From: Pavona decussata
Taxonomy: Eukaryota
Direction of reading: 5' to 3'
NCBI GenBank assembly: GCA_977016875.1
Contig: CDRNST010000318.1
Span: 3,224,001-3,288,000 of the forward strand
Length of the DNA stretch: 64,000 nucleotides
Made by a program: the position numbers and the translations under genes
Shown here: one piece after another, positions 14,050 through 34,446 of the stretch
How positions within the stretch are numbered: the stretch's first letter is position 1
Layout of the letters: each line of letters begins with the position of its first letter
Notes under the pieces: model-generated
What the model was told of the DNA's origin: nothing
Database searches by the model: none
What the model saw: the letters and a program-made list of their open reading frames with translations, nothing else

Positions 14050-17000
14050 TTACAATTCGTCATGGTTTGAATCCTCTGGATCATCTTCGATAAAGACCTT
14101 GTAGTTCTTCATAATCTCATCCATGGACAGCTTTCCATCTTTGTCGTCATCTGCTTCTTTGATGAGAGTTTTTGGTTCTTCAGTGGAGAAGTCATCATCC
14201 GGGAACAGCCAGCTCTTCATCTCCTCTTTATCCAGTTTACCGTTATTATCTTTATCAAAATTTTTGGTGAAATCCTTCTCCATTTCTTCTTTAGCATCAT
14301 CATTAACGTCGCTGAAAGTGGCTGCAAAAGAATTTGCTAACCAGTGAGTTAACTAATTGGGACTGGAGTAATGGTATTGGGGGAAAAAGTGTGCAGATAA
14401 GAACAAAGCTCGACTGGGACTATCGCGCTATCGAGTTCGGTCCCAAGCCTCTGAGTAAGAGCTCAGCTCCCTTGATAAGCGCTATGAGGCCTAGGAACTA
14501 GGCTGTAGCTACATATATTTAGAGACTTTCGTTTCATCAGGTAAATTTCGCTTTTGGTGAGTATCTTACAGATGAACGCCCACGGCCGCGCCCTGGGCGA
14601 GTCTCCCATCAGCTCAACGGATGACGTAACATTCGAACACGCACCGAGAGTGACTGGGGACGAGGCTTATGTAGCTGCGCTGTTTTCTTCACTTAAGACC
14701 AATTTTCTCACCTAAAAATTCTTTCTTGGATATCTGTCCGTCCTTGTCCTTATCGTGTTTTTTAAGACTGTCTTCAATGGTAAACTCCGCCATTCGAGCA
14801 TTATCCTGTGGGCAAGAAACAAAATTAACCAACCTTTGGAGAAGTAGCAAAATGACTCTGGGACTACATTTCCTATGTCATGAAAGTCATCAGAAAAAGC
14901 ATAACAATGAGTTACATCAGCAGCATGCTCAACGGTTCTCTTCGGCCTTTAATTCCTGGGAAATTTGGATCTAATTGCGACGAAAAACTTGAAATTTCTT
15001 TTTAGTGACAGATTCAAGATAGCACGCTAGATTATGACGTAGTCAATTTGCGCATGTGCAAATAGCGGACCAGGTGTTCCTTACCCCAGGGTGGTAGAAT
15101 GCCATATATTCTTCTAAATCTAATTTGCCATCTCCATCCTCGTCAGCAAATTTAAATTTTTCTTCATCTTCTTTCATTTGTTCTTTGCTGTCATCGTCCT
15201 TGCCATCATCGGAGAAATGGCCCTTCTTGAATTCCTCCCAAGATATTTTACCATCTTTGTCTATAAAGAAAAACAGCAAGTGCCCCGTTACAAACATGTC
15301 TGCTTGTATTATTGCTCGAGGAATAATTTCGGTTTATACACTGGGCAAACTTCGCTAGATTAAGCTTACAATCATGATTGATGCTGAAGCGACTTTTGGA
15401 TCATAAAAGCCTTTTTTTAAGCTGGTTTCCTCTGGGGGGGGAGGGGAGGGTGGGGGCAACCTAGGAAACAAGATAGTTGACTGATTAGCAAGAGACAGAT
15501 AGTCTCTTGCTGATTAGCTGATCAACCGGAAGTGACGTGCTCACCCTCATCATGCTGTTTCATGGTTTCCATGACTTCCTTCTTCCTGTACTCTTTTGTG
15601 GTCACGTGGAGCCTCTGTCTGATTTCATCTTCCGTCAGGAAGCCATCTTTATCCAAATCCACTTCATCCTTTATCAGCTGCGCCAATTTTGTTTTCGCTT
15701 CTTCAGGGGCAAGCCCTTTGAATTCCGTATAGTTATCTCCTGAAGAAGCGAGAAAAAAATACAACAATAAAACAACGTATAGAGTGTTTTCATGCATGGC
15801 GGCCATGCTGGAGGAGCCAAATAATAAATTTTATTTACATAAAAATAAAATTCATTTGTCAAAGGAAAATCATTCTATCGTTTTAATTATCCAATATGGC
15901 CGCTGTGAACACTCTATAACTGGCCTGTGTGACTTGTTAGGATCATTAACCTCGTACCCAGGCCTCATTTGTTCTTGTTCTGAAATGTGGGGGATGTAAG
16001 TGCAAATCACCTGTCTGAACTATTGTAGTCACAGAGGAACGGGGAGAATTTGGGTGAGACAAGATGCTGTTGCGGTGAAGCTAAATTCAGTTGTTACTTA
16101 GTAACAAGCTCTTTAGTTTTAGTGAAGTGCAAGGTTAACAATTAAGAAAATTTGGAGCTTGGGGCAGAGCTCTATAGTGGTCGCTCTCGTTACAGCCATT
16201 AGCTTCCTTTATGAAAAACTGAGCCTAACTCAGGCAAGAAGTCAAGGGACACGCGGAATACTTGTACATGTAAATGACCTGCGCACAAGACGTTCTGTGT
16301 TGGTACCTGCTGGATACTACTTATGCTCCGTGTTTGTTTGTGAAACGTTTTTATAACTTTAAAGTTTTTCATTATTAATTGCGCACAGGTGAAGATTAGA
16401 AATCAGCTGTTTCGCTGAGATGTCCGTCTCTCAATTACCACGCTGTACCTGAACTATTTTGTTAATCAGTTTTACTTCTATTGATTAACACGTTTGTCGA
16501 GAAACTAAATGCAGGCTTACTTCTAAAAGCCTTCAATTCATACAGTTAAAGCTGAATTTCATACTTTGGTTAATTATACGTTAACATAAAAACTTTCATC
16601 GCGATCACAAAAAGGACAAGAAATTTTAGAATCGTTTCTTACACAAGCTTTGTCTGAACTGCATTAGACCAAAAAAAAAAAAAGACATGATATTTCAGGT
16701 TTGTTTAATATCGTCAGTTTGTCCGATGCAAGACACCCAAAGAAAACGTTATCTGCCCACCGTCATGTACAACAGCTTACTTCATTAGTTCCTGACAAGT
16801 AAGTGTTGTGAGACTGTTATGCTTTCACCCAAGTTGGTTTTGAGGTTATACTATAAAGGTCGGATCATGATTTTCCCTGGCGCCACTGCACCGGCGTTTT
16901 TTTAATCTTCTAGCACTGATTTTAGACTCTGAATGTCGCAATATTTCAGTGCTAAACTTGCCGGCTGACTGGAATGAAAGAACCCGATTATTTTTGTGAA

Positions 17001-17326
17001 TATCGTTGAGTTGTTTTTGTGCCTGACTTACCTAAAAACGCGTCATGTTCAATGTGGCTGTTATCATGTTCATCCTCTTCATCTCCTTGACTTTCGTCCT
17101 CACCATCCTCTTCATCGCCTTCATCTTCCTCATCCTCGTTTTTATCACTACTTTCTTTGTCCTCTTCTTCCGTGTCGTCTTTCTCTGCTTCCTCTTCCTC
17201 TGTGTGGTCCTCGGGTTCTTCGTCGTGTTCATCCTCTGAATGCCCAGGCGGCAGATCGTCATGCGATAAAACTACACTGACTGACAGTGCGAATAGAAAC
17301 AGCCATATCCACCAACACCGAAACAT
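14050..17326 (-). CDS. Acid-rich CREC-family (calumenin/reticulocalbin-like) EF-hand protein with HDEL; architecture like coral acid-rich protein CARP1
   Basis: Exons 17032-17326, 15545-15739, 15085-15260, 14712-14805, 14050-14321 (343 aa). Signal peptide MFRCWWIWLFLFALSVSVVLS, a D/E tract of about 60 aa, CREC motif HDAFLG, six EF-hand loops (DLDKDGFLTEDE, DEDKDGKISWEE, DEDGDGKLDLEE, DKDKDGQISKKE, DKDNNGKLDKEE, DDDKDGKLSMDE), C-terminal HDEL. Confidence 0.92.
15778..15918. mobile_element. Short MITE in CREC intron 1
   Basis: Inverted ends TATAGAGTGTT / AACACTCTATA and internal inverted GCGGCCATG-TGGA / TCCAATATGGCCGC. Confidence 0.65.
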
Positions 17327-17883
17327 TTTAAAGAAAGACTCACGCGCTCTACGACAGGCTCTTGAGTTGTGGATTGATTAGCACGAAAGCTTTGTTAATG
17401 AAAGCAACTGAATTCAAATCAGTGAAGTTCAAATTTAAGACACGTGTGTTTTAAGTTTCCAAGAAGTGCGTGCCGTTATTAGAGTGGTACGTAAACCAAA
17501 ACATAACCAGCATCCTACCTTCACAGCAAAATATTTTTATTTTATTTTGGTGTTCAATAAACTAAGTACCCTTGTTTATTTATCTGGCACCTTTCTATTG
17601 GATGTTAAAAGAAAATTATTTAATATTTAGATTGGAACAAATTGGCTTTATGAATCTGGATGCCTTTTTCAACGACCTAAATTCGCCCCAGTGCATGTGA
17701 AATTTTGCTAGATTACATAGAGGGAAATAAGAAAAGATTCTTTAACAACCAAACAAAAGCTTAGTCTTTCGCGTATGAGAAACTGCTGTTAAAAAAATCT
17801 TAAATGGAGTATTAAACGATGATACACGAAACTCAATTGTGAAATAGAAGTGAACAACAATGGCTTCCTTCCTTAACATATTT

Positions 17884-18282
17884 ATTAACCCATATTACCG
17901 TTGTGCTTAGTGACCTGGGGCCCGTTTCTCGAAAGTCCCGATAACTTACCGGGCCCGGTAAGTGTCTTTGGTGATAAATGTTTCTTAGCAGAAGTCAATT
18001 TTTGTTAGCTTTAAATACTAAATTTTAAAATCTTATAAATCTATGAAAACATTGGCCAATTACCATGTCTGTAATCACTGTGTAATCGGCGAAAAAAAAT
18101 TTCAAAATATACTTAACGGGCCCCTGGTCTTTGAGTGGAAACAAGGCTTGAGTTGCCTTTGTTTTGACACAAACCTCGCGCTTTTCACATGAAAATCTTG
18201 TTCTTATACTAACTGCGCACTTTGCATTTTCATATCAAAAGCACTGAGGTTCATATCAAAACTCCAGCCTTGCTTCTACTCC

Positions 18283-18313
<31 letters not shown>

Positions 18314-18323
18314 ATGGGTTATT
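17884..18323. mobile_element. MITE with a nested second MITE (17918-18123)
   Basis: Outer inverted ends AACCCATATTACCGTTGTGCTTAGTGACCTGG..AGTGGAAACAAGGC / GCCTTGCTTCTACT..CCAGGCAACTAAGCACACAACTGTAAAATGGGTT. Inner element GGGCCCGTT...AACGGGCCC flanked by a CTG direct repeat. Confidence 0.75.
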
Positions 18324-19266
18324 TCTGGCTCTATGCTTTCAGTACCTTTACATCTAGATCTTCAAACTGATACTAAAACCTATTTGAATTTTTAGCAAAT
18401 TTTTACCACCTGCTTGTGCATGGTTTGAGTTGAGAGCCACTAACCATTTCTTGATTTTGATTTGAAACAACTGTGAGGGAGGGGTGGGTTAGTTGCTTCC
18501 GACACATCGGTCCTATCGCTGGAGCCTACGATCTTTCATCTTCACGGCGTCTTTAGCATAATCACAGAACTCGAAAGAAACATTTTCAATCAAACAAATC
18601 AGAAGGATTTTTTACTTTCACTAAGTTGTATCAGCTGCTTATTACAAGCGCGGATAGCAAACAGATTGTACACTCAAATTATATTTTTGTTTAAAAACAA
18701 TCTCTAGTTCTTAAACACATTTTTACATCCATAAACAAATTACAATTTTCCAAAAAACAATTACAGGAGATTTCGTATAGTGACGTTAGAAGATACCAGG
18801 CACTGGCAACAATAAGCTTGTTATACAGTACACTGGCATGAAATAAGCCCAGACTAAAACACTGGCCAATCCAAACCATGGCGGCCGTAGGCGTGCGGAG
18901 GTCTGGGACTAATCCCCATGACCTTGATTAATTTTTGTCAATATACCTTAAAAAATGTTGAAAGTGAAGTTAATTGTATGCTCAAGCAGTAAAATTAATC
19001 CACAGCATTCTTAAAATAAAAGTTAAAACAAAAACAAAAACAAAAAAATTCAAGGCAGTTGAATATAGTTGGCCGAAAGTTTTGTTTGCGACACATTTGA
19101 ATTCATTGACATAGTAATTCATTTGGCTCTTAAAAAGGCTTATTTTTTAACTGTCTTGTAATAAACTGTTTTCCTTTGATTATGTTGTTAATTAAATATT
19201 TTCGTTACCATGCGTCGGTCTCACTGAAGAACTAGCGCTTAATTAGCGTTCGACTAACGTTGTCAT

Positions 19267-21897
19267 CTAGAATCCTTCAGTTAAGATGTCAGAGCGCTTA
19301 TCCACTCCAATAGTTACGCAGCTTGGATTTGCTGGATAATCATCTTCATCGATAAAGTATTTTCTCTTGGTCGGATGTTTTAGCCACTTGATAAACGATG
19401 ATGAAATTGTCACAGTTTTTCCGACTGTGATGGAGTTCCATCGATTATTGTACACCACTTGGCCATGATCCACACACGAATCCGCGAACAGTCCTATGTT
19501 AGATTTCCTAAAGACTGGAGCCATGGCTTTCAGTGTAGCTTTTCTGAACTTTTTGATCTGTTTCATTTCTTTCTTTGTACAGGAGTACGGATTTGAGGCG
19601 CAATCAATTTCCCAGATGTGTTGTAGTTGCCACGAGTCGTACAACGGGTTTACAATGAACATCTTGCTCTTAACAAAAGGCAAGAAGTATTGTGGAAAGA
19701 TGCACTTCCAAAGGTCTTTACCGGGCATTTCCTCGACGCATTTATGTGGAACACCATCTGTACAATCATGGAGCTTAAAAACGTTCTGCATCTCCTGCCG
19801 GAATTTAGGATGTCCTCTGTGTTTCCGAGAAGGCGTATCCAAGAAGAATCCTGAATCAGATAAGGCACGGAAGTGAACTTTTTTTGGTAATTTCGATCGG
19901 ACAAAGTCTGCATGTAACATGACCGCAAGTCCCCCAGCTGATGTACCAGAAAACACCACACGTTTAGAGTGCTTGAGGTTCGTGACCGATAGCAACTCAG
20001 ATATGGTTGAGTCCAAAATTCGAAATCCTCGGAAATACAGCAAGGAACCTCCAACTTGCACTGGATTAGATCTGTTCCCTGAAAATGACGAGCCATCGCA
20101 GTAGGGAAGAAAAGCAACATTCCAGTTGTAGAATTTGGGGTTGTCTTCTTTCTTGGTTGACAAAATTCCTCCAGGATTTAAAATGGGTTTAAAGAAGAGG
20201 GAAGACCCCAAGTGCATTTGGCTTCTACTTAAACAAGCTTCCTTACTGTCGCACCATGCTCCACCTTGAAGGTAAATGATCCACTTCTTGCTTCCTCCGC
20301 CAGAGCCTTTTTTTAAATAATATCCAGGGGTGGACCCATCAAGGCACACGGCCCCTTGACGGTCAGCGTTTTGCACCGAGTGGTACTCATACTCACTGGT
20401 CGATTGCTGCTCATTGGATTGATAGGGGGACATCTGCGGCTGCTGCATTGGATAAGGGTTTGGGTATGGGTTATAAACTGAAGGTGGTTGTAGCTGTGGT
20501 GAATATTGAGCTTCAGAGTTGGGTTGCTGTTGAAGGTGCATCTGGTTATCGCTGGCCATGATTTCCTTCTGTGCCTGATGACGATGATGATGATGATGGT
20601 GATGACGATGATGATGATGATCATGATGGCGACGATGATGCGCATGGCGGTGGCGTTTGTGATGGTGCTTCACATGTTTCTTCACCGTTTCTGCTTCCAT
20701 GGTTACATTGCTGACACTGCCATTAAAAATTCCGTTGTCGGCGTGGTGACTCAGCGCTCTGGATGCATCAACTTCTTTGATTGTTTGATTGACATTTTTG
20801 TCATGTTGATGAAAATGATGACGGAGTTTTTGATGCCGATGTTTCTTCATGTCATAATTTACATGTTCCTCGTTGTGGTTTCCCCTGAAAACATCGATGT
20901 CTAACTTGGAGAGGATTTCTTTTCTCATAGATGAGTGGGATTTAGAGTGGCTTGATTGGTCTGCGCTTCCACTTCCATCATCGAATATGTCTTGAAATGT
21001 TGAAGATTGTTCTTCCTTGTTCTTGTCAGGGCGGCTTATCTCACTCTTACTCTTTCCTTCATCGTCTTCGTCTTCTTCTGGCATCAAAAGCTTATTGGTT
21101 TCCTCTTCGCTCAGGGAGTCGTCTAAGTAATTGTCTTCATCCTCGAGTCCTGGATCCAAGTCTCCTTCGGTCCCGAAATCTTTGAACAGTTTGTCGTAAG
21201 CGCTGTCATCGTTCGACTTGTCCACCTTGTTTTTCTTGTAAATTTGGCTTCTTCTCTTTGGCTTTACTTTTCCCTCGACAGCAGGTGTCACGATGTTCAT
21301 CTTCCCTTCATTCTTATCACTGTCTGTACCTTCCTCGCTGTCATCTTTCATTGACGATCCTTCTTCAACGTCACCACTTCCACTGCTGTCTTGTTCATTC
21401 GCTTCATGTCCTGTAGGTTCCGCTTCTTTCTTAATACTCTCTTCATGCTTATCTTCATCCCGCACAGCTTCGTGAACCGGTTCCACGGATTTAGGTTCTA
21501 CGTCCGTGTTTTCGCTGATGTCTACCATGTAACTCGCTGGGTAGCTTCCACTTCCTGACATTTCGGCATTTTCCATATCCTCGGTTGAAGTTTCTTCATC
21601 TCCACTTCCACTAAGATTTTCCTCCTGTTCAAAGGAGGGTATGAATCCACTGGCTTCATTTGGCTCTGAATCGTGTGATTCTCCTGGTATAGAACTTTTC
21701 GTAACCCCATTTTCCGAGCTAGTCATGTACCACAAATATTCGCCCGGTTTGCCAGATTTTGACAAGTCCTGTTGAGCTTTTGACTCAAAATCTTGAACAT
21801 GCCTCGACGATGCGATAACAATCAACGCTGACGAGTACAGAAAAATGAAATTCAACCACTTTATGAATCCCATACCTTTAAATAAAAACCCCCACAA
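19267..21897 (-). CDS. Secreted pectin acetylesterase/Notum-family alpha/beta hydrolase with long acidic, Ser-Gly and His-rich N-terminal extension (876 aa, single coding exon)
   Basis: Uninterrupted ORF with an N-terminal hydrophobic signal. C-terminal domain (about 19300-20365) has GAVCLDGSTPGYY, YLQGGAWC, YCDGSSFSG, nucleophile GTSAGG, DSGFFLD, YDSWQL and SCVDHGQ (Ser-Asp-His triad candidates), and ends YPANPSC. Confidence 0.9.
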   Translation of the reverse strand: MWGFLFKGMGFIKWLNFIFLYSSALIVIASSRHVQDFESKAQQDLSKSGKPGEYLWYMTSSENGVTKSSIPGESHDSEPNEASGFIPSFEQEENLSGSGDEETSTEDMENAEMSGSGSYPASYMVDISENTDVEPKSVEPVHEAVRDEDKHEESIKKEAEPTGHEANEQDSSGSGDVEEGSSMKDDSEEGTDSDKNEGKMNIVTPAVEGKVKPKRRSQIYKKNKVDKSNDDSAYDKLFKDFGTEGDLDPGLEDEDNYLDDSLSEEETNKLLMPEEDEDDEGKSKSEISRPDKNKEEQSSTFQDIFDDGSGSADQSSHSKSHSSMRKEILSKLDIDVFRGNHNEEHVNYDMKKHRHQKLRHHFHQHDKNVNQTIKEVDASRALSHHADNGIFNGSVSNVTMEAETVKKHVKHHHKRHRHAHHRRHHDHHHHRHHHHHHHRHQAQKEIMASDNQMHLQQQPNSEAQYSPQLQPPSVYNPYPNPYPMQQPQMSPYQSNEQQSTSEYEYHSVQNADRQGAVCLDGSTPGYYLKKGSGGGSKKWIIYLQGGAWCDSKEACLSRSQMHLGSSLFFKPILNPGGILSTKKEDNPKFYNWNVAFLPYCDGSSFSGNRSNPVQVGGSLLYFRGFRILDSTISELLSVTNLKHSKRVVFSGTSAGGLAVMLHADFVRSKLPKKVHFRALSDSGFFLDTPSRKHRGHPKFRQEMQNVFKLHDCTDGVPHKCVEEMPGKDLWKCIFPQYFLPFVKSKMFIVNPLYDSWQLQHIWEIDCASNPYSCTKKEMKQIKKFRKATLKAMAPVFRKSNIGLFADSCVDHGQVVYNNRWNSITVGKTVTISSSFIKWLKHPTKRKYFIDEDDYPANPSCVTIGVDKRSDILTEGF

Positions 21898-23144
21898 TTT
21901 TGCTTTCGCGAGGATTTAACCGCATACAAGAGGGCAAATGTCTTTGAACCTCCCTGAGGTAATTTGATGTCACGTATACCCAGGTACCCGCGTTTCCTCT
22001 TTAGCTTGTTATCTTGTTTGTTTATGGCCACACCATGAGACCAACAAAGTAAATACACGCCATAGACTAATCTGTTATAAGTTCGAAAGCAAAACAACTA
22101 AGACAAAAATGAGAGCTTAACTTAAACGGTTCGGCTTTTATTATTAATCGTTGAGCAAACAAAGCGGGTGGTTGTGTGTTCCAATGCTGTGAAAACTCAC
22201 GCTTCAAAACTAAACACCTGTTCTGATTAAGTGTTGTCTGGAGACTGACACTTAAGACTCTCTTCACTGTTTCATGTTCAAATGAGGTACTGAGACTGAG
22301 GCAACCTGACACCAGCAGCACCAGTGCATGGTGAAGCTTATTTATTTATTGACCAAACCAAGCGTTCTTTGGATTGCGAGAGCTCCGTTTCTGGGGGTGG
22401 TCTCAGTTGTTTTGAAACCAGGTCATTTGTTTGAAGAAACAATATCACAGCTATTTACAGTTTCAGGGTCTTCGGCCTTTGCTATTATACATGATTCTAA
22501 CCACAAGGGTCTGAAGACAAATCCTGCCCTTCCCCCTCCCCCTGTACACTGAGAGGTTCTGCTCCCAAACCACCGCAAAGAACGAGTTAAAACCACATTT
22601 GAAATTAGGATATCAAATTGTTCTTCTGTATCACGGGCAAAACATTTCACTGTTTTGTCTGACAATTCTTCATCTCAGTCCTGCAAAGTCATCAGAGCGT
22701 AAGCTAAATGACTTTTTGAGTACTTCTCAACATCAAGTTTTCTTTGCTCAGTATATTTTGAACTCGAACCAACACGAGGTCTTGTAGGAATTCTCTCATT
22801 TGAATATTCAAACACGGAATTCTTGAGAATCGAGTCATCGCACCCTGCTGCATTTAACAAAATTCAGAATTTTGTGCCGTTACTGCAATTTGTTTGCGTT
22901 ATTTTCTTTCATATTTGCACAAGGAACCTTTCCGTCGAATTCCAGTTATTTTTATACTGCACACAAAACAGTGAAACATCGTTAACTTGTAATAATGTGG
23001 TTATATGTGTTTATAGGAAGCAATAAGACTCTCAGATAAAAAAAAAAATACAACAATAGAAGATGGTAGAATTAACACGGGAAAAAATTGAAGACCAATT
23101 ACTTAAAAGTTTCAAGTTTTATTTTGTCGCGATTTTTTCACTTA

Positions 23145-23281
23145 AGGCGCTGTTACACTAGGCAATTTTTCTTGTGACTTGTCTCGCAATTTCGTCGCGT
23201 TGCGTTACACTAGGCAACTTGTGTCGGAACAAAATTGCGAGACAGGTTACAAAGAAAAAATTCCCTAGTGTAACAGCGCCT
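23145..23281. mobile_element. PIF/Harbinger-type MITE (137 bp)
   Basis: TIR AGGCGCTGTTACACTAGG / CCTAGTGTAACAGCGCCT with TTA target-site duplication. Confidence 0.8.
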
Positions 23282-24037
23282 TTAAGCCGCGATGAATTTA
23301 AAGTGACTGCTTTTACCCGATAAATTTATCAAGAAAACACGAGCTTAGTGGTCTTTGTTTACACAAAAGAGATTTGCAGATAAAGGAATAAACAAAAGCT
23401 TAACACGTGGTCGTAACTGGTGGCCAGAATGTTCACTGTCTCCTACATTTCCGTGTGTTGGGCGCGTTCCGAATAACTGTCTGAAGTGGCTAAACGGAGG
23501 GAGCATCAAATTGCTGACAGGGTGGGGAGTAGAGCAGATAAATATCGGACGAGGGAGTGGGAACCTCACCCCATGCCCCTCGGTAGTCTTGCGCCCGACT
23601 AGATTAGCGCGCACACGGGAATTTCACTGGACTGCCAACGGTTTCGGCCGGTTTCATTGCCTTACATTTAGGATTGAGAAGCACTGTTACTGATTGCTAA
23701 AAACAGTATTAATAATACAAAATAAAAATCAGTCCCTTCCACGGGGTACTGCAATGTTTCTCAGTTTTTCGCCTCAAACTTCTCGGTTTTCATCAGTACC
23801 TTTCCTCCTGGAAAATTTTCTACACGACTTGACAGGAACCAGAAACTAGCCGAATCATTGTGTATGTAAGATATAACTGTACTCTTCTCAAATACCAGCA
23901 ACAGTTGGTAATAGCTTGCTGCGCACACTTCTTGTGATTGTGCCACAAATGTTGACTCCAAGGCTCCTTATGCGCGTGACGCGCTGTGAATCCGGGGTAC
24001 TGGCGTGACATTTTTAATCTCACCATGTTGGTATCAG

Positions 24038-34446
<10,409 letters not shown>

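Noticed and set aside
19496-21710. Overlapping antisense and alternative-frame ORFs over the PAE gene (also over CREC exon 1 and the ankyrin gene)
   Set aside because: Shadows of low-complexity coding sequence on the other strand or frame.
22343-23010. Minus-strand frame of about 220 codons interrupted only by TGA (possible selenoprotein or read-through)
   Set aside because: No recognisable domain, no SECIS seen and no clear start. A few such runs are expected by chance in 64 kb.
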